DNA from: Marsupella aquatica
Taxonomy: Eukaryota; Plantae; Marchantiophyta
Reading direction: 5' to 3'
DNA: 64,000 bases
Assembly (NCBI GenBank): GCA_973895155.1
Contig: OZ316895.1
Location: 804,435 to 868,434 of the forward strand
Under the pieces are notes generated by a model, which was not told the DNA's origin, made no database searches, and was given only the letters and a program-made list of their open reading frames with translations. Below, one piece after another: positions 50,083 to 63,607 of the stretch (its first letter is position 1; each line of letters opens with the position of its first letter). A program made the position numbers and the translations under genes.

Positions 50083-52216
50083 GTGGGGGCCGCCAGAAAG
50101 CGAAATTAATGGAGAGAGTGATGGAAGCGGTGGAGAATTACTGTCAACAGCAGAGAAGGTGCGTGTACGCAGGACGATCCACAGGGTTCCAGCTTGCATT
50201 GCGCTCGGTAGGATCGGAGCTCTCTGATTGTCACCAGCATCACTACTACAACTACTACTGTACCCTTCGTTATCCGACGACGACCCCTGCCCGCCCCCGA
50301 GCTTCCCCGGCGCTTGTCCCACCCCCAGAACGAGCAACTCCAACTTCATTTGATCCCTCCGTGCAGAGCGCGTCGGCCTCAATTCGGAGCTGAACTGGAC
50401 GAGAGACAAGTGAGGTTCGGCGTTTACCTTCCAGATCGCACGGGACTTAGTCAGAAAGTTCCTCGCTTTGCGGATCGTTTGCTCTTCTAGTCTGCTCAGC
50501 AGGTTTTGGTAGCTGCCGTTGCTTTGGCATTGCTCATGAGCTCAGTTCACTAGTTCACTGCTGCCGAGTGCACTGCCCACCAGTCGACAGGGGAGCCGAG
50601 AACAACGGGATGCTGGCAAGGTGATCGACATTTTACGTGGCCGAGGGGTGCAGCGAAGAAGAAGAACGATCGATCGAAACGAGATCGAAACGAGCGTTCT
50701 GAAACGAAGGACAGCGGCTAGACAGGGCGCCGCTTGCACTTTATCGACACAGGGAAGGCTGGAAGCACGAGATAGAGCTCTTCGAATATTTATCGATTAG
50801 GTGAGAGCCCACACTCTGTTCCGGCTGTTTGTCGTTGGCGACGACTTGTCAAAGGCCCGGTGGATTTGGGTTGCTGGGTAGAGCGTTGACGGTAGTGGGA
50901 GAGACGGTGAGGACCGGGGCTCATAGCAGCTCACTACTCTGCGAATGAGTGTTGCTCGTCTAGTAGTGGGCGGAAAGAAATCTTCAGGTGTTGCCGAATG
51001 AGAAATGGCAGTTTTTTTCGCTGATAGAAACTTCTCTTCTGCTTGGAGGGGTGGTAGTCATGGTGATATGGGGTCTTAATTCGGGCACGAGGGTGAAGGT
51101 CATGATGATCGAGCTCTTGGATGGGTGCGACTTTGTACCTAGATTTTGGCGCCATTATAAAGTGGACTTGATCTTCACATGCGGGGAGGGTTTGATTCAA
51201 CAGCCGAGACGGATTTCGGATACTTGAAGCTCGTTTTCGGGCACCCGAGTTTTTCCATCGTACCCCCTTTTTCGGGGAGGGTTGCCTGTCCAGAGATGTC
51301 GTCAGGAAGGCTTATCATTGGTGACGGAGCTTTATGTGTTTCCCTTGCTGTGTTGCAAGCTGAGCACTTTGTTTGGCTGTGCAGCGCAGATAGCTTTACT
51401 GGAGGAACTGTTTTCGAATTGTGTACTGACGAGCCTGGGATTTCCGGAGCATCAAGGTGGGCCAGCAGATCTGAAAGATTTTTCGGCAAGTGCTTGTAAC
51501 GGTAATGGTGTTTTGTTCAACTTCGATGATAAAAAGCTGCATGCAATCATGAAGACTTTGAAATGTGTGTGTGGCCTAGCTGGCAAGCAGTCAAAATTTG
51601 ATTGATCAGACTTTGGATCGAAGATACTGGAGCAATGCAGGTTTTGAAAAGTGTACCTTTGAGCCGTTTTACCGAGTATCATTGATAACTTGGAGACGCT
51701 GCAGGCCTCGTGAATCACAAAATCTCGAAAATATGTTAGTTATCGGACGGGTTTTGTTGGTTTCCAATGATGACTTGCCATTTCCGTCTTATCTGTCATG
51801 AGTGCAATGATCCAGCGTGTCTCCTAATCTTTCTATCTTCTGGATCAACCTGGTCCTCCGTTTTTGCTAATTATCTTTCTCTCCTTTTACAAGTTCCTTC
51901 CATTTCTAGCTGCTGAACTTCAATGTGCCAGCGGAAGGCTCATGTCATGCATGTGAAAACTCCTCTCTCGCAGCTTCACAGCACGCCACTCATATAAATA
52001 GTTGTTTCATATTCTGTTTTCTCCCCTCCCATCTGTGACTAACGGGATGATCCGTCGATATGGATCAGGTAGCTGCAATTCTTCAGGCAGAAGCTCAGTA
52101 TTCACTTGGCGGGTGACAACTTGAAAGCAGCTGCTCGTTGGGTCCAGGGCATGGGTGTGAACTAAACAGCGGGCTTGGCCGAGTGTACTTCTGCTTGTGG
52201 TAATAGTTAGCCAGCT

Positions 52217-52914
52217 ATGGGCGCCTACAGCCTCGACAGGTCCTCTCCTAAGAAGGGAATGCCTCGCTCTGTGTTCTCAGAGGTGAAGCGGAAGTTTTTA
52301 AACCGGAGATACCTATGTCTGTGGGTCTTTTTGGCATTGGTCCCATGCTATCTGTTGCGTCAAATGTTTTTCACTCAATCGCCATCCAGATCCACATACA
52401 TCCGCGATCCAGTCGAAGAGCGCCTGGTCGCAACGGCAGTCGAGGATACCGTTTCATATGAGATGCCAACTGAACCGGAAATAAAAAAGGAGTCAGTATT
52501 GGATTTCATATTTAAGCATAACACGATCAAACCCGCTCAATACACCACCGTTGTCAATCCTACGACGAACAAGGTCGAGAATGTCACTCGAAACTCGTTG
52601 AAGCTGAAACTGAAGGCGAATTTTGAAGACGAGGATGACTTTGGCTCGGCCGAGGACAATGACAAAGCTGAAGAGCAAATGTGGACAGCTCCTCCGGCAC
52701 CCGCTCTCCCCAAAAAATAATATTCAATCTTGGGACGATGAAGTGATTTCTATTGATGGGTACGCTCACTTCTTTCTATCTCCGAATTCTGCTCGATATA
52801 TTCGTAGCTTGTCATCAATCCTCTGTTTTACCCTAATCAACTGCGCCGTCATGGACAGCAGAGTAGGACCCATAGAGATCACAGTGACGAGCTGCAGGTC
52901 ATTCGAGTGCCTAG
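52217..52914 (+). CDS. Unidentified type II membrane protein (Golgi glycosyltransferase-like N-terminus); apparent frameshift at A-run 52712-52717; downstream exons unresolved
   Basis: Basic tail KRKFLNRR, hydrophobic YLCLWVFLALVPCYLL and a P/T/E-rich stem. The shifted frame continues NNIQSWDDEVISIDG to a GT donor near 52760, and a small exon VGPIEITVTSCRSFECLG ends at a GTAAG donor. Confidence 0.5.
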
Positions 52915-55900
52915 GGTAAGCGACGTCAGCTGTAGGGATACTTTCCAAGTGCTATAGATTAGTGGCCCTATATTCTATGACATCGAACGTTTAGTAAGAG
53001 GAATGAATTGTGTGGTGGGGGAGGACAATTGTGAAGGCCAGGGCAAAGGTTCTTGTCGATGTACATAGCTTTGAAGTGTAGGGTATCTAATTTGCAGAGA
53101 AGAGTAAGCCCAAGAATCATGTCGAACTTTGTTTCCGACTCTTGGAAAATAGGAGCTTCGTCAAAACTATGCTTCTGCGTGATCATCTTGGGAAAGAGAT
53201 TGAAGCCTTTTAGCTGTTGAAGTGGACAAATGAGAGTCTTTCTGTCCAAGAAAGTAACGGTCTTACATCAGAATTTCTTCATGGTTAGGAAGAAGGCTAT
53301 GAAACGTGCAATTCTGCCCTATAGAGGTGTCTGTGAATTCATGAGTGGGATGTGAGAATTCAGGATTTCTAGGACCTTTCGTCCCTATTTAGTGGCGAAC
53401 ATCTGCAATTTTTAACGGATAGTCCTAGAGATATAATTGGATCTCATGGAAACTACAAACAGAGAGACTGAAGAGGGATGCTGAATTGACTTCTTGGAGG
53501 TGTTGAATTACAGGTTATCAGTCCCGTGAAAGCTTACAGCCAACCTTGATAATTTTTTGAGTGACTCGATACCACTCAAGAGTTCTGATCAACTGCGGCA
53601 GTCGTATATGGCAGCTTGCAAAATCTGTCCATGCAATCTACAGTGGGCTTTCCATGATATTTCAAGGGGATGGTAGTCAGCCAAATGGATGGGTTGTTCT
53701 CCACTGAGAAAACAGTTGATGAAGATGGGATTCATATATATAGTTCATTGAAACGGACACATTGTCCATAGCTAGGTTTACAATGTGCCATTGCCACTTC
53801 CTCTGGGTCGAGGAATGATAATATAAATCCATTCGCACAAATATGCCAACCGCAAGGAAGAGTTCAATCATACTTGTACTCATTTCCTTACAGGCAAAGC
53901 ACCAACTAGTCTGGTTTTCCAGGCTGTCATAATTTCATATCCGACTTATTTTCAAGAGTGTTGGTATAATATGAATGCCTCCTGAAGTTTTCGTGGGAGT
54001 TTATCATATCGCTAATCCCGTGACCGTTGCTTCTATACATCTGCCTTCTGTATGCGTTATTCAATCTGGTCCTGCAGTCTTCTTTTGTGGAGTCCTTCGT
54101 TCTCCTGGCCATGACCGAAACAGTAGTCTTGCCCTGCAAAATCCAGTGTGTGCGCTCAATACTGGCGCGACCGTCTCGGACTTTTGAAAGGATACTTATC
54201 TTGAGGCAAGTTTCCGGTAGATAGGTATTGCTGTACACTGGAAACTAGATGGTGTCGGTGAACTTCTGGGAATACTGCGCTGTTCTGTAGTTTGTGTCCA
54301 GTGATCCTTCTCTCTCGGTCGTTCACTACAGTTCACGACGCCCTTAAAGCGTCTTGTGACACTAGCAATTGTTGTGTTTCACAGTATTTCTTGCCTTCAT
54401 TGCGCTCAACTAACATGGCATCAGCACCCCGAACTTCAGCTACACTCAATTTTCATGCTCTAGAGTCACATCCTAGAGAATTCTCTTGTCAGGATACAGC
54501 AAAGTTACCCCGAATTCGTCCTCTTGCTTTGCTGGGAGCCAGTTCATACGACAGTCTGTAGCTGTTTGACGACAAACTGGCATGGGCCAGTACGGTCAAT
54601 CTGCAGGCGCTTTTCCTACTGTCCGGGCCCAGCTTTACAGGATGGAGACCAAATAATTGTCTTCCCAAACTTATAGAACCTACATTCTAGAGCCCAACTT
54701 CCTGGACCTCAACGGACAGCCAGAAAAGCCCACTTTGGTTCCCACCGTTGTGGTGGGACCTGCAGAATGTGTCAAGGCAAAGATGGAGGGCTCAAGTTTT
54801 CAGGAGGATTTTTGCCGCCCTCCCTTGCTTCATCATTGCTGCTGCTGTAGAAGCAAAAGCGTTCTCGCCAATTTCTGGAATCTTTCCGATGTGTTCAGAG
54901 TCATGAAGTCATTCATAAACGTACTCCCACTCCAAACCGGAGCTCAGTATCACAGTATGCCACAACGGAATCGTCGATACACAGTGTATTTATGGAGGCT
55001 TCGATAAGAATAATAGAACTGCGGCCATTACGTACGTGCGTTGTTTACTGAGCGTCGCGTGCTTCATTCGTGGATCCTCCACGGACTTTATTTAAGGTCA
55101 GGATCGACGCGACAACTTTCCCTCCCATTATTGATGCAAAGGCAACGGTGATTACTGTACATCTCCACTGTAGTGACGCCAGTCTACATTGCCTCGAAGA
55201 CTTCTCCGGCGGCTCCTTTTATCGAGGAAGAACTTTTTCGCCAGTGACCAATGTGCAGAGTGCGAAGGAGAAGATGCTCAAAAGATTCATTATTCAATTA
55301 TTTTCCTGACCGTCGGATCTCCCTATATTTAAGGCTGACCGTGAGATTCTGGCTAATGGGGCCGAAACACTGGCTAATGAGACAGGAAAAGAGTAGTGAA
55401 TTTTCTCCAAAAGAGACGAATGATTTTGGGGGAGATGGAATTTGGCGAATTTTCGCCACTAAAAAAAACACTGATCCGCACCTCAACACTTCCTCGCCAA
55501 AGCTGCTGTAGCCTGTAGTTGTGTGATTCAGAGAAAACGAGTGTGATTCGAAAGTCAGGGACAATAAATTTTGCCAGGATTAATGAAGGGAAGCTTTCTA
55601 TTATTTTACTCCCTCTGTCGCTCCTTGTACGCCCGTTCCTGCACAGTGGGGTGGGACCCTCTCTCACCCCCAAAACCAGCGTATTTTGGGAACGTTTTTA
55701 ATTTTTGCCAGGTGTGCCAAATGTCGGTCACATGAAGAAGAAGATGCTAGGAATATTGAAGTATCTGTTTTTTTTCTGAAATTTCTTGACCATTAGATTG
55801 ACAGATTCAGGCAAATGGGGTCTGTCTCTAGATGGGAAAACTGGCTAACGGGATACAAATATCACAGCAAATTTCCACCAAAAGTGGCCAAATTTTGGGG

Positions 55901-58194
55901 GAGGTGGAAGCTGGTAAAATTTTGCATCTAGAAAATACCCTGCCCCTAACCCATTCTGGCAGAGTGGGGTGGGAGAGAGTAAGTGTGCAGGAGCTATGGA
56001 GAGGTACACGTCCGACCCTCAATCATCCTGTTTGACACAAAAGAGGGGTCTGGGGATAATTGCACATCAAAAAGCAGGTGCTACTTGGCAAGTGCCCATA
56101 GGTTGAATGAAATTTTCCATACCCTGATAACCCCAATTATTCTTTTGTATCACCAAGTGTTGTAGTTCTATGGGGGAGGGGGCGGGGGGTGGAGGCAAGG
56201 GAAGAGATAAAGGTGAATGGAAAGTGGCCCTAATAGAGTGCACTCTACCAAGAAAAGTACAATTCGAGAGGTCGTAACCTATCCACAGATCCATTTGACC
56301 AAAAAAGGTGGTCGGTACTGCATTGGCCTTAGTCCATCCCAGTCAGCTAGGTTGGCTGTGCCAAATATTAATTGTTTTCTTTTCCAGGAAATACTGTAAC
56401 ACCAAATATAATTCTACTCTTTTTATTTTTTAATGCCAACTTGTCATGTACACCTTGAAAATTCAGTGTTTACATCAAGATTCTTAGAATATCCTTAAAT
56501 TTACAACACTGAATTCTTGTGAGGTAGGTCCAAAATTCAGTCAATATTTTCATTAATTATTTATTCATGGGTGATCTACTGGCACTACATACTGACTGAG
56601 TGAATAAACACTGCCTCAAAATGATAGTTTGAACTTCATTTCCATCAAGCATATATTCCAAAACCATGATCAAGCACAATATCCATTCGGAGTACTGTAT
56701 GGGGGGCAGAGGAGCCACCTATAGTTCATCCGTGTTTTCATGCAGGCTTTTGAAAAACAATTAGGGTAATGTTTCTTGTTAGCCACAAATTGGGCCACAA
56801 ATGTGTCAACCCAATTCTACCTGCCAGCCTTCTGTGATTTGTGATATAGACTACCTAACGTCCCCAGAATGCAGCGCCCGGGCACTGTGTGCAAGTTCCA
56901 AAGGTACATTTGATATCCAAAGGCCATGAAGTTGTGTTTGAAAGTTAGATGTTGTGTTTGAAGATAATTAAATGCTTCAAATTCTGGCTATGGTGATTGT
57001 CTGTATCTATTGTTGGATCAAGTTAAGCCCTATGTTCAGATTGAGGGCCAACAATAACACAAAGCCACATTTGGAGAGTCTAGGTGTTGTGTAAAATTAA
57101 CATGCATTCAATGAATATGCAATTTGTTTTGTCTCGATTGCTGTTTAGTCCAACTTTTGAACCCAACATATTTATTGTGTTACCCAGGATAGTGTAGCAA
57201 GGTGATAAAGAGATAAATGACTATTTATTCCTTAATAACTCAATTTCATTCCCGTTAGGAGTGGATAAGATCGAAAAGACTGAATTAACACAATTTGAGA
57301 AGTTTACACCAACATTCTTAGGTTGGAGAGATTTCTAATGATCTCCTTAACATAAATGTTTAATCACAAACTCAAGTGGGTAATCTTTAGGATTCACAGT
57401 GCAATAATAAAGACTAGAATTAACAAAGATTGAAACTAGAGAGAGTAGGTAGGAGGTTTCAAAGCGCAAGGAAATTGAATTCCGACCATCACCACTCCTT
57501 CAATAAGGATTATGGCCTAATTTAAGATTCGGAAATCAACATTGTATATGCTTTTTGATTTCTCATAGCAACTCTTCTCCATCTCTTGAATTTAGAAGAC
57601 AACAATGTAAATCAACCCGGGACACTTTTCTGGTCTTGCTTAAGACGGTACTAGGATACTCGAATTGGTTTACTTCTCCTACTATCCTTAAGATTGCTTA
57701 TTTGAGTTTTACGTAAATTCCAATTTCTCTTTGGTGAATCTTCTATATGAATTGGTCACAGACCTTGGTGATCTTCCAATATCATCATAGGCACACGCTA
57801 GTATTCATTGAATATTGCACAACAACTCAAAGGGTTGCTAATCTTGAAACTTCTCTTTACTTAACCATGGTAAAAAGAAGGGAAGAAAAGACATAGATTT
57901 CTCCAAAATCAAAATGGGGAAATCAAATGCATCACTCTCTCCCGGGGTTGACTTTGGGTTCTCCTCCTTTTGTACTAAAAGTGGAGATTATGAAAAGACA
58001 TGCCTCTTCAAAACCCAAGTCTAAAGAAATATGTAAATAAAAGTGAACTATCCTAGTCAAAAATGGAGTAGAGTCTCCAATGGATACACCAACAAAATAC
58101 TGGAATCTACTTACTCATATCTCAACTCATATACTAGTCTATATAGCTATTTCTAAGTCTAAACTAATGTGGCTCTAACTTTCTAAATATAACT

Positions 58195-59936
58195 CTATTC
58201 TGGTCCTAGCTTTTGGGAAGGAACCTCCTCAGGGTTAGCCATGGCAAGGGGTTTTGGTCGAAGGAAAACTCCCTGCTGGCCAATGGTAAAAGGGATGGAC
58301 GGGTCAATATCCATGTTCTCCTGATGGGCACTTGGGTCATGAGAATAAGTGTAAGAATGGGAGTGGAAGTGTGTACTGGGAGTGGGGAAACCAGGAGGGT
58401 TGAGGGGTGATGAGGGGCCAGTGGAATAGACTCCTTCATGAGGACTAGGAGAGAAAGATCTGGTAGTAAAGGCAAGAATCTCAGTATCAGCTAATAGCTC
58501 CTCTGTAGTCAAGTCACTCATCTCCCTTAAGGCTTCACAGGTCTTTGAGAGATCCATAAGTTCATCATCCACTCTGGCACTCACATCTACCACTAATGGT
58601 TAATCTTGGAGAAAGGGATGGGTGTGGTGTTCTTGGCCAAATACTCATCATAAATTTGGGCCTTAAGAAGATCCAGAGAAGCTATCTTAGTCAAAGGCTC
58701 AATCAGGTCCAAAGATTGAGTGATACTGAGTTGGAGAGTATGCTCAAGCTCATTCTTCTTCGTACTCCTTTCCAACTGTTGTTTGAGTTCAGATACCTTC
58801 TTCTTGAGGAACTCATTCTCCTTCTCCAACTTCCTCTTATCTGTGGCATCACTCATGGTGGAGATCTTTTCAAGAATTTGCCCTGGTTTCACTCCTAACT
58901 TCTGAGAAATGTCAGTGATGGCCTTCTCCATCATAGTGGTCTTCCTCTTCACCTTCTGGAATGTATCTGAGATGATCTGGAAATCAGCTAGGGTGTCTAG
59001 GGAGGCATGGTCGGGTGCATCCGGAAATTCAGCCGGGTCGACGAAGGCCGGGTCGGCAAAGTCTGGGTCGAGGTTTCGGGCAGCAGACCGGGTCTTTCAA
59101 GGATTTGTCTCTGCTGGTTCCTCATCCTCAATATCATCAGAGGTGGCCTGGGTGATATCTGGATCTACCTCTCCATACTTTATGAAGTTGAACTTGGCCA
59201 ATAGTAATTTCTTCTCCTCTCTGAACAAGACTCCTTCAAAGCTATATAGATGTACCAGGTAGCAGGAGAGGGTAGTAGGACTCTTATTGGACAGGTTTTG
59301 TACCAACTTCCTTATCAAATCAAAGATAAGTTTAGCCCAATTGACTTTTCTTTCTCCATTGTAAGCAGCAACAATGGTAGAGCCAACTCCAACAGTAACT
59401 CTTCGTGGCTTCTCAGGATATAGCAGGGGTAGCAGAAAGTTGAAGACTCGTCTCAAATCAGGATCCAAACACTTAGAAACATTGAACCCGTCCTTATTGT
59501 TGATGGCTCCTTTGAAGTAAGGGAGGATTAGATTGACAGCTCTCCTCACTAGACCTTCTCCTTCATCTTCCAATACAAAAGCTCCTGCAACCATCATCTG
59601 AGTCCATCGCTCAGGTCGGCCTCTGGAGGTATCCTTAAACTCAGCCGGACACTCCTTGGATCGGATCTCTCTGATCATATCTTTGCTCTGATAACTCCAG
59701 GGTAGCTCCATCAGAGACTCACAGCCCATCCTTAGCAAAGACTCCCTCAATTTGACCTTCTCAGCTTCACTGTCTGGAATAGCTGGCCTCAAAATTTTCA
59801 TGGCAATGGGGACCTCCTTTCTCTTTGATCGTCTCATAGGGGCTTTAACCGGAGTGGGTGCAGGTGATGTTGAGGTTGAATGCCCCTTAGAAACGCGAGA
59901 AGTGGACATTCCGGCTGGATCCGCCCCTTGCTCCAT
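58195..59936 (-). pseudogene. Accessory ORF C, ~580 codons, homolog of gypsy ORF B with a coiled coil; retroelement remnant without pol
   Basis: MGCESLMELPW..SRGRPERWT..YFKG..DGFNVSKC..LRRVFNFLLPLLYPEKP..KVNWA..YLVHLY aligns with ORF B. In-frame TGA at 59097 and a frameshift at 58593. Confidence 0.75.
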
Positions 59937-61061
59937 AGGATTTTTGGAAGTAGTAAATTGATTTTTGGTAAATGGTCTGCCTCCTCTACAACGAGCTCTA
60001 CAATGATGCGGCTTTAGAATGTTCAATGTCTTTGGTGTCGACCACTGGTAGAAATGTCCGGGTCGACCTAGCCGCAACGTTTCTGATCAACTGACGAGCT
60101 TTTCTGGAAAAGTGTATCAAGATTCCGTCAACCGAAATATAGGTGCATCAAACTTGGGGAAAAGCTAGACTCAATCGGGCCTGCAATGGTGATGTCCGGG
60201 TCGACCTGGCCTCCCTTCTCACAATCGATGTATCCACAATCAGGATCTTAAACTTCCTACCTTCACTTCTAGCGGTGGAGTAGGCATTTCCCTCACAACA
60301 AATCACTCAGTACCCTCATATCCAGGCTCTCATCATGCAATGCAAGATTGGTCCTATAATCCGGACCCAAGATCCTCTATCAAAAGGGTAGAGCCTCCTC
60401 ACTCTACTGCTTAAACAGCCTAATGCGTTCAGGAGCTCAAAACCTACTAAGTTCGGCTTTGAGAGGTGTGAGAGGCCGGATTGACTCTCCTTCCTTATAT
60501 CCGGATTCTGCTGTGGTCATGCCTGTGTTTGACTTATGGTTTTAAAAACTTTGGCAATGGACAGCTGTTGTTCAGTAGAGTCGCAGTATAAGCTTTTATA
60601 TCTCATCATGGCTTATAGTAAAAAGTTCTGGGTCGATCCTCCTTCTCTAATATCAATCCGGGTTGACCTCAGATGGGCTTGAAAGTCTCATACCACTTCA
60701 AAGTAGTCTTCAGGTCCCTCTTCAGCCTCATTTGAGATCTTAAACGTAAAAATTCTAAAATTTATGGTTAGTTAACCCTTCTTTCATAAACATCCTTATC
60801 TCACAGATAGCATCAGGTTGTCATTTTGTGACAGCACAATCATAATTAACCCATCTTACTTATAAATCTCCAACTACAAGCTAGAGTTGGGGCCTAGGCT
60901 TCTAGAGTGAAGCCTCTAGACCGTAACTCCATGGCTCATCGTGTGGATGAGAAAACTGATGTCTATGACATATGTCATGTCAAATGATAATCATGATTGC
61001 TTTTTGTTATGATTTCTATTTATACTAAAATTTGATCTCTATGGCCCCACCATATTATATG

Positions 61062-61384
61062 TGTTGAGCATAGACGACATTCGCAACGGCAAGCCCATGA
61101 ACCATCCAACGCACAAGAGTCGACATAGAGAGATACGTGGTTCACCTCCACATGAGGCTACGTCCACGGGAACACACAAGAGCTTTACTGCACTCTAGGC
61201 CGATCGGCCATACCAAGCATCCACAACACAAGCTCTCCCTATCTCTCAACTAGCTCCGTAACAATGAGCCTAAGTTCCTCCAGGGTCTGGCATCAGCCCT
61301 GGCTATATACACAATAGCACTACCACTAACATTAGCTAAGTCCTAACCCAAGTTAGCCTAACTATAGTTAGCTCATGAGTCACA
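61062..61384 (-). repeat. Complete inverted copy of the copia LTR (323 bp, TG..CA)
   Basis: 61062-61346 is the reverse complement of 61399-61988 once the MITE is removed. Confidence 0.85.
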
Positions 61385-61507
61385 AGACTCTGATACCATT
61401 AGGACTTAGCTAATGTTAGTGGTAGTGCTGTTGTGTATATAGCCGGGGCTGATGCCAGACCCTGGTGGAACTTAGGCTCATTGTTACGGAGCTAGTTGAG
61501 AGATAGG

Positions 61508-61804
61508 CTCGGGGGTCTCACTATATGGGGACCTCCCCATCGCCTGCGACGTTTTTAGGCCTCGGACCCCCTAAAATGTAAGAAAAAAATATTATTTTTT
61601 AACCCCTATAAAGTTGGAATATTCTTGGAATATTCTAAAATTTGGATTAAAAAGACCCTTATATTCTTATAAGTCTCAAAATTGAATTTAAAAGACCCTA
61701 TTGTTCTTCTACAAAAATTCTTAAGTCTTCCCTTAGAACCAATAAAATGACCCTATCCTTCGTTGCACGTGATATGCCATTTTTGTGGAAGTGAGACCCC
61801 CGAG
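61508..61804. mobile_element. 297-bp MITE with 14-bp TIRs and 8-bp TSD, inserted in the copia LTR
   Basis: TIRs CTCGGGGGTCTCAC / GTGAGACCCCCGAG. TSD GAGATAGG at 61500-61507 and 61805-61812. The empty site is visible in the inverted LTR copy. Confidence 0.95.
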
Positions 61805-63607
61805 GAGATAGGGAGAGCTTGTGTTGTGGATGCTTGGTATGGCCGGTCGGCCTAGAGTGCAGTAAAGGTCTTGTGTGTTCCCGTGGACGTAGCCTCATGT
61901 GGAGGTGAACCACGTATCTTTCTGTGTCAACTCTTGTGCGTTGGATGGTTCATGGGCTTACCGTTGCGAATGTCGTCTATGCTCAACAAGTGGTATCAGA
62001 AAATGCCTGGGAGGTGACAAGGTTTTTTTGTGACAGGTTTTTTCCAGCGTTCATTGTCGATGGTATATTCGGAGTTTCATTGCTTGAAACTCGAATGTGT
62101 GTGGCTGAGCGGATAGGTTAGTGAGAGGGCTTTCTAACGGTGGTTAGAACTTGCTTAATATCAGTATCCATGGTGCGGAGGAATTGAAGTTTGCATCATT
62201 CAGGTTTTATTCGTGTTCGACGGGTTTTGGGGGGAGAGACTAGAGATCGCATTCTTCAATGGTGTGAGCTATGCGGTGTTTGGGGGATCGCACATTATAG
62301 CTCAAGTTGAAGGTTGAAGCGAGCTGGTCGTTTCGGTAGCTGGATTGCTGCCAAATTGTTATCGAGTGCGACGTGATGAGTGACGGAGGCATTCAGGTTT
62401 TTTCACAAGCTATGGAGCTTGTTTTCATCTGAACCGGGTTTCTCTTTGTGACGTACAACTCGGTGGAAGAAATGCGAAGTGCTACGGCTCAACGGTTTGA
62501 TCGCGGCGAGGCAATCGTTTTGAGCCCAAGATTGGCACTTGACGCGGAGTGAAGGCAACGCGACAGAAATTTTTAACTCTGCTGGATAGACCGTGCCGGT
62601 GAAATTCAGCCACTTTTCCCATCGGCGGCGTTCACTTTCCTTGCTTAAAACAATGGCTTTAGGTGAGTAACTCATTCCTTTTTCCCGGGGAAGTTTTTTG
62701 CATTTTTAAAGGGGGTTTAGGTCATTTTGTAACGAGGTGTATACACACCTCGTTTTTGGCCTGGTATCGGCCTGGACTCAGTCGAGTACATACGCTTACA
62801 CGGTGGCGCGCGCCCCGGCCATTCGCTCCCCGCCCGCCCTTTGGCCGGCCCTGCCTTAGGGCGCCTCCCCCCCCGCGCTGTCTTTTTTCACCCACGAGCC
62901 TTTGGCTCTTCGCGAGCCTTTTGGGCTACCGGCCCTCCCTCCGCTCCCGGCCGGCGACTCACCTGCCCCCTCACGCGCCCTTGTACCTCCGGCCGTGCCC
63001 TGCCATCCCCTTTACGCTTGTATTTTCCCGGGCGTACCCCGGAAATACCCCGTCAGCCCTTGGTATTGGCCCTGTCCTCCTTATACGGGGTATTTTTCTG
63101 GTTAAGGGGCTTAAACCCCCCCTTTTTGTTTTTTCCCCGGTTTGATGCTATTGGCTGTCCTGGGACCGGTGACCCTCCATTTTAACCGCTCTGACAGGGG
63201 GAACGGCCCCCTGTGCGCCCTGTCAAACTATACGGGAATATTCCCAAAAAATAGAGAGCTATTTTTTGGCCGTCCGACAAAGATTCCGTCCCCCAAATGG
63301 TAATTTTTTGTTTCTTTTTTGGTGAGGGCGTTGCCACTGGAGTTAGCAATGCGGCGCATCGATCACATTGCGATTCCGACAACGGGTTCTACTTGGTATT
63401 TTGGTTATTCTCCAAGGTGGTCAAAACGGGGGAGTTTCCCAAGGTTTTACCCACCCCGACCAAAATTTGAATAACTTTTCCGTCAAATTTTGATTTTGAT
63501 TTTGGCTTTCAGTATTGGACTCCTAGCTTCGTGGGCTATGTAGCGGTGTTGAGTTTTGAGTTTTGTGAGAAGTTTTAAAAAAAGATGTTTTTTCGTGATT
63601 GTTTCAT

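Noticed and set aside
49888-50409. 173-aa ORF with LLYST repeats
   Set aside because: Translation of the (AGAGT)n microsatellite.
57193-60878. TGTAG...CTACA as solo-LTR boundaries around ORF C
   Set aside because: The flanks GATAG and AGCTA are not a TSD, and there is no second copy to confirm.
62690-63480. GC-rich, homopolymer-laden stretch with Pro/Arg-rich ORFs in the copia leader
   Set aside because: No recognisable protein. The run-lengthened pattern looks like low-quality sequence or non-coding leader.
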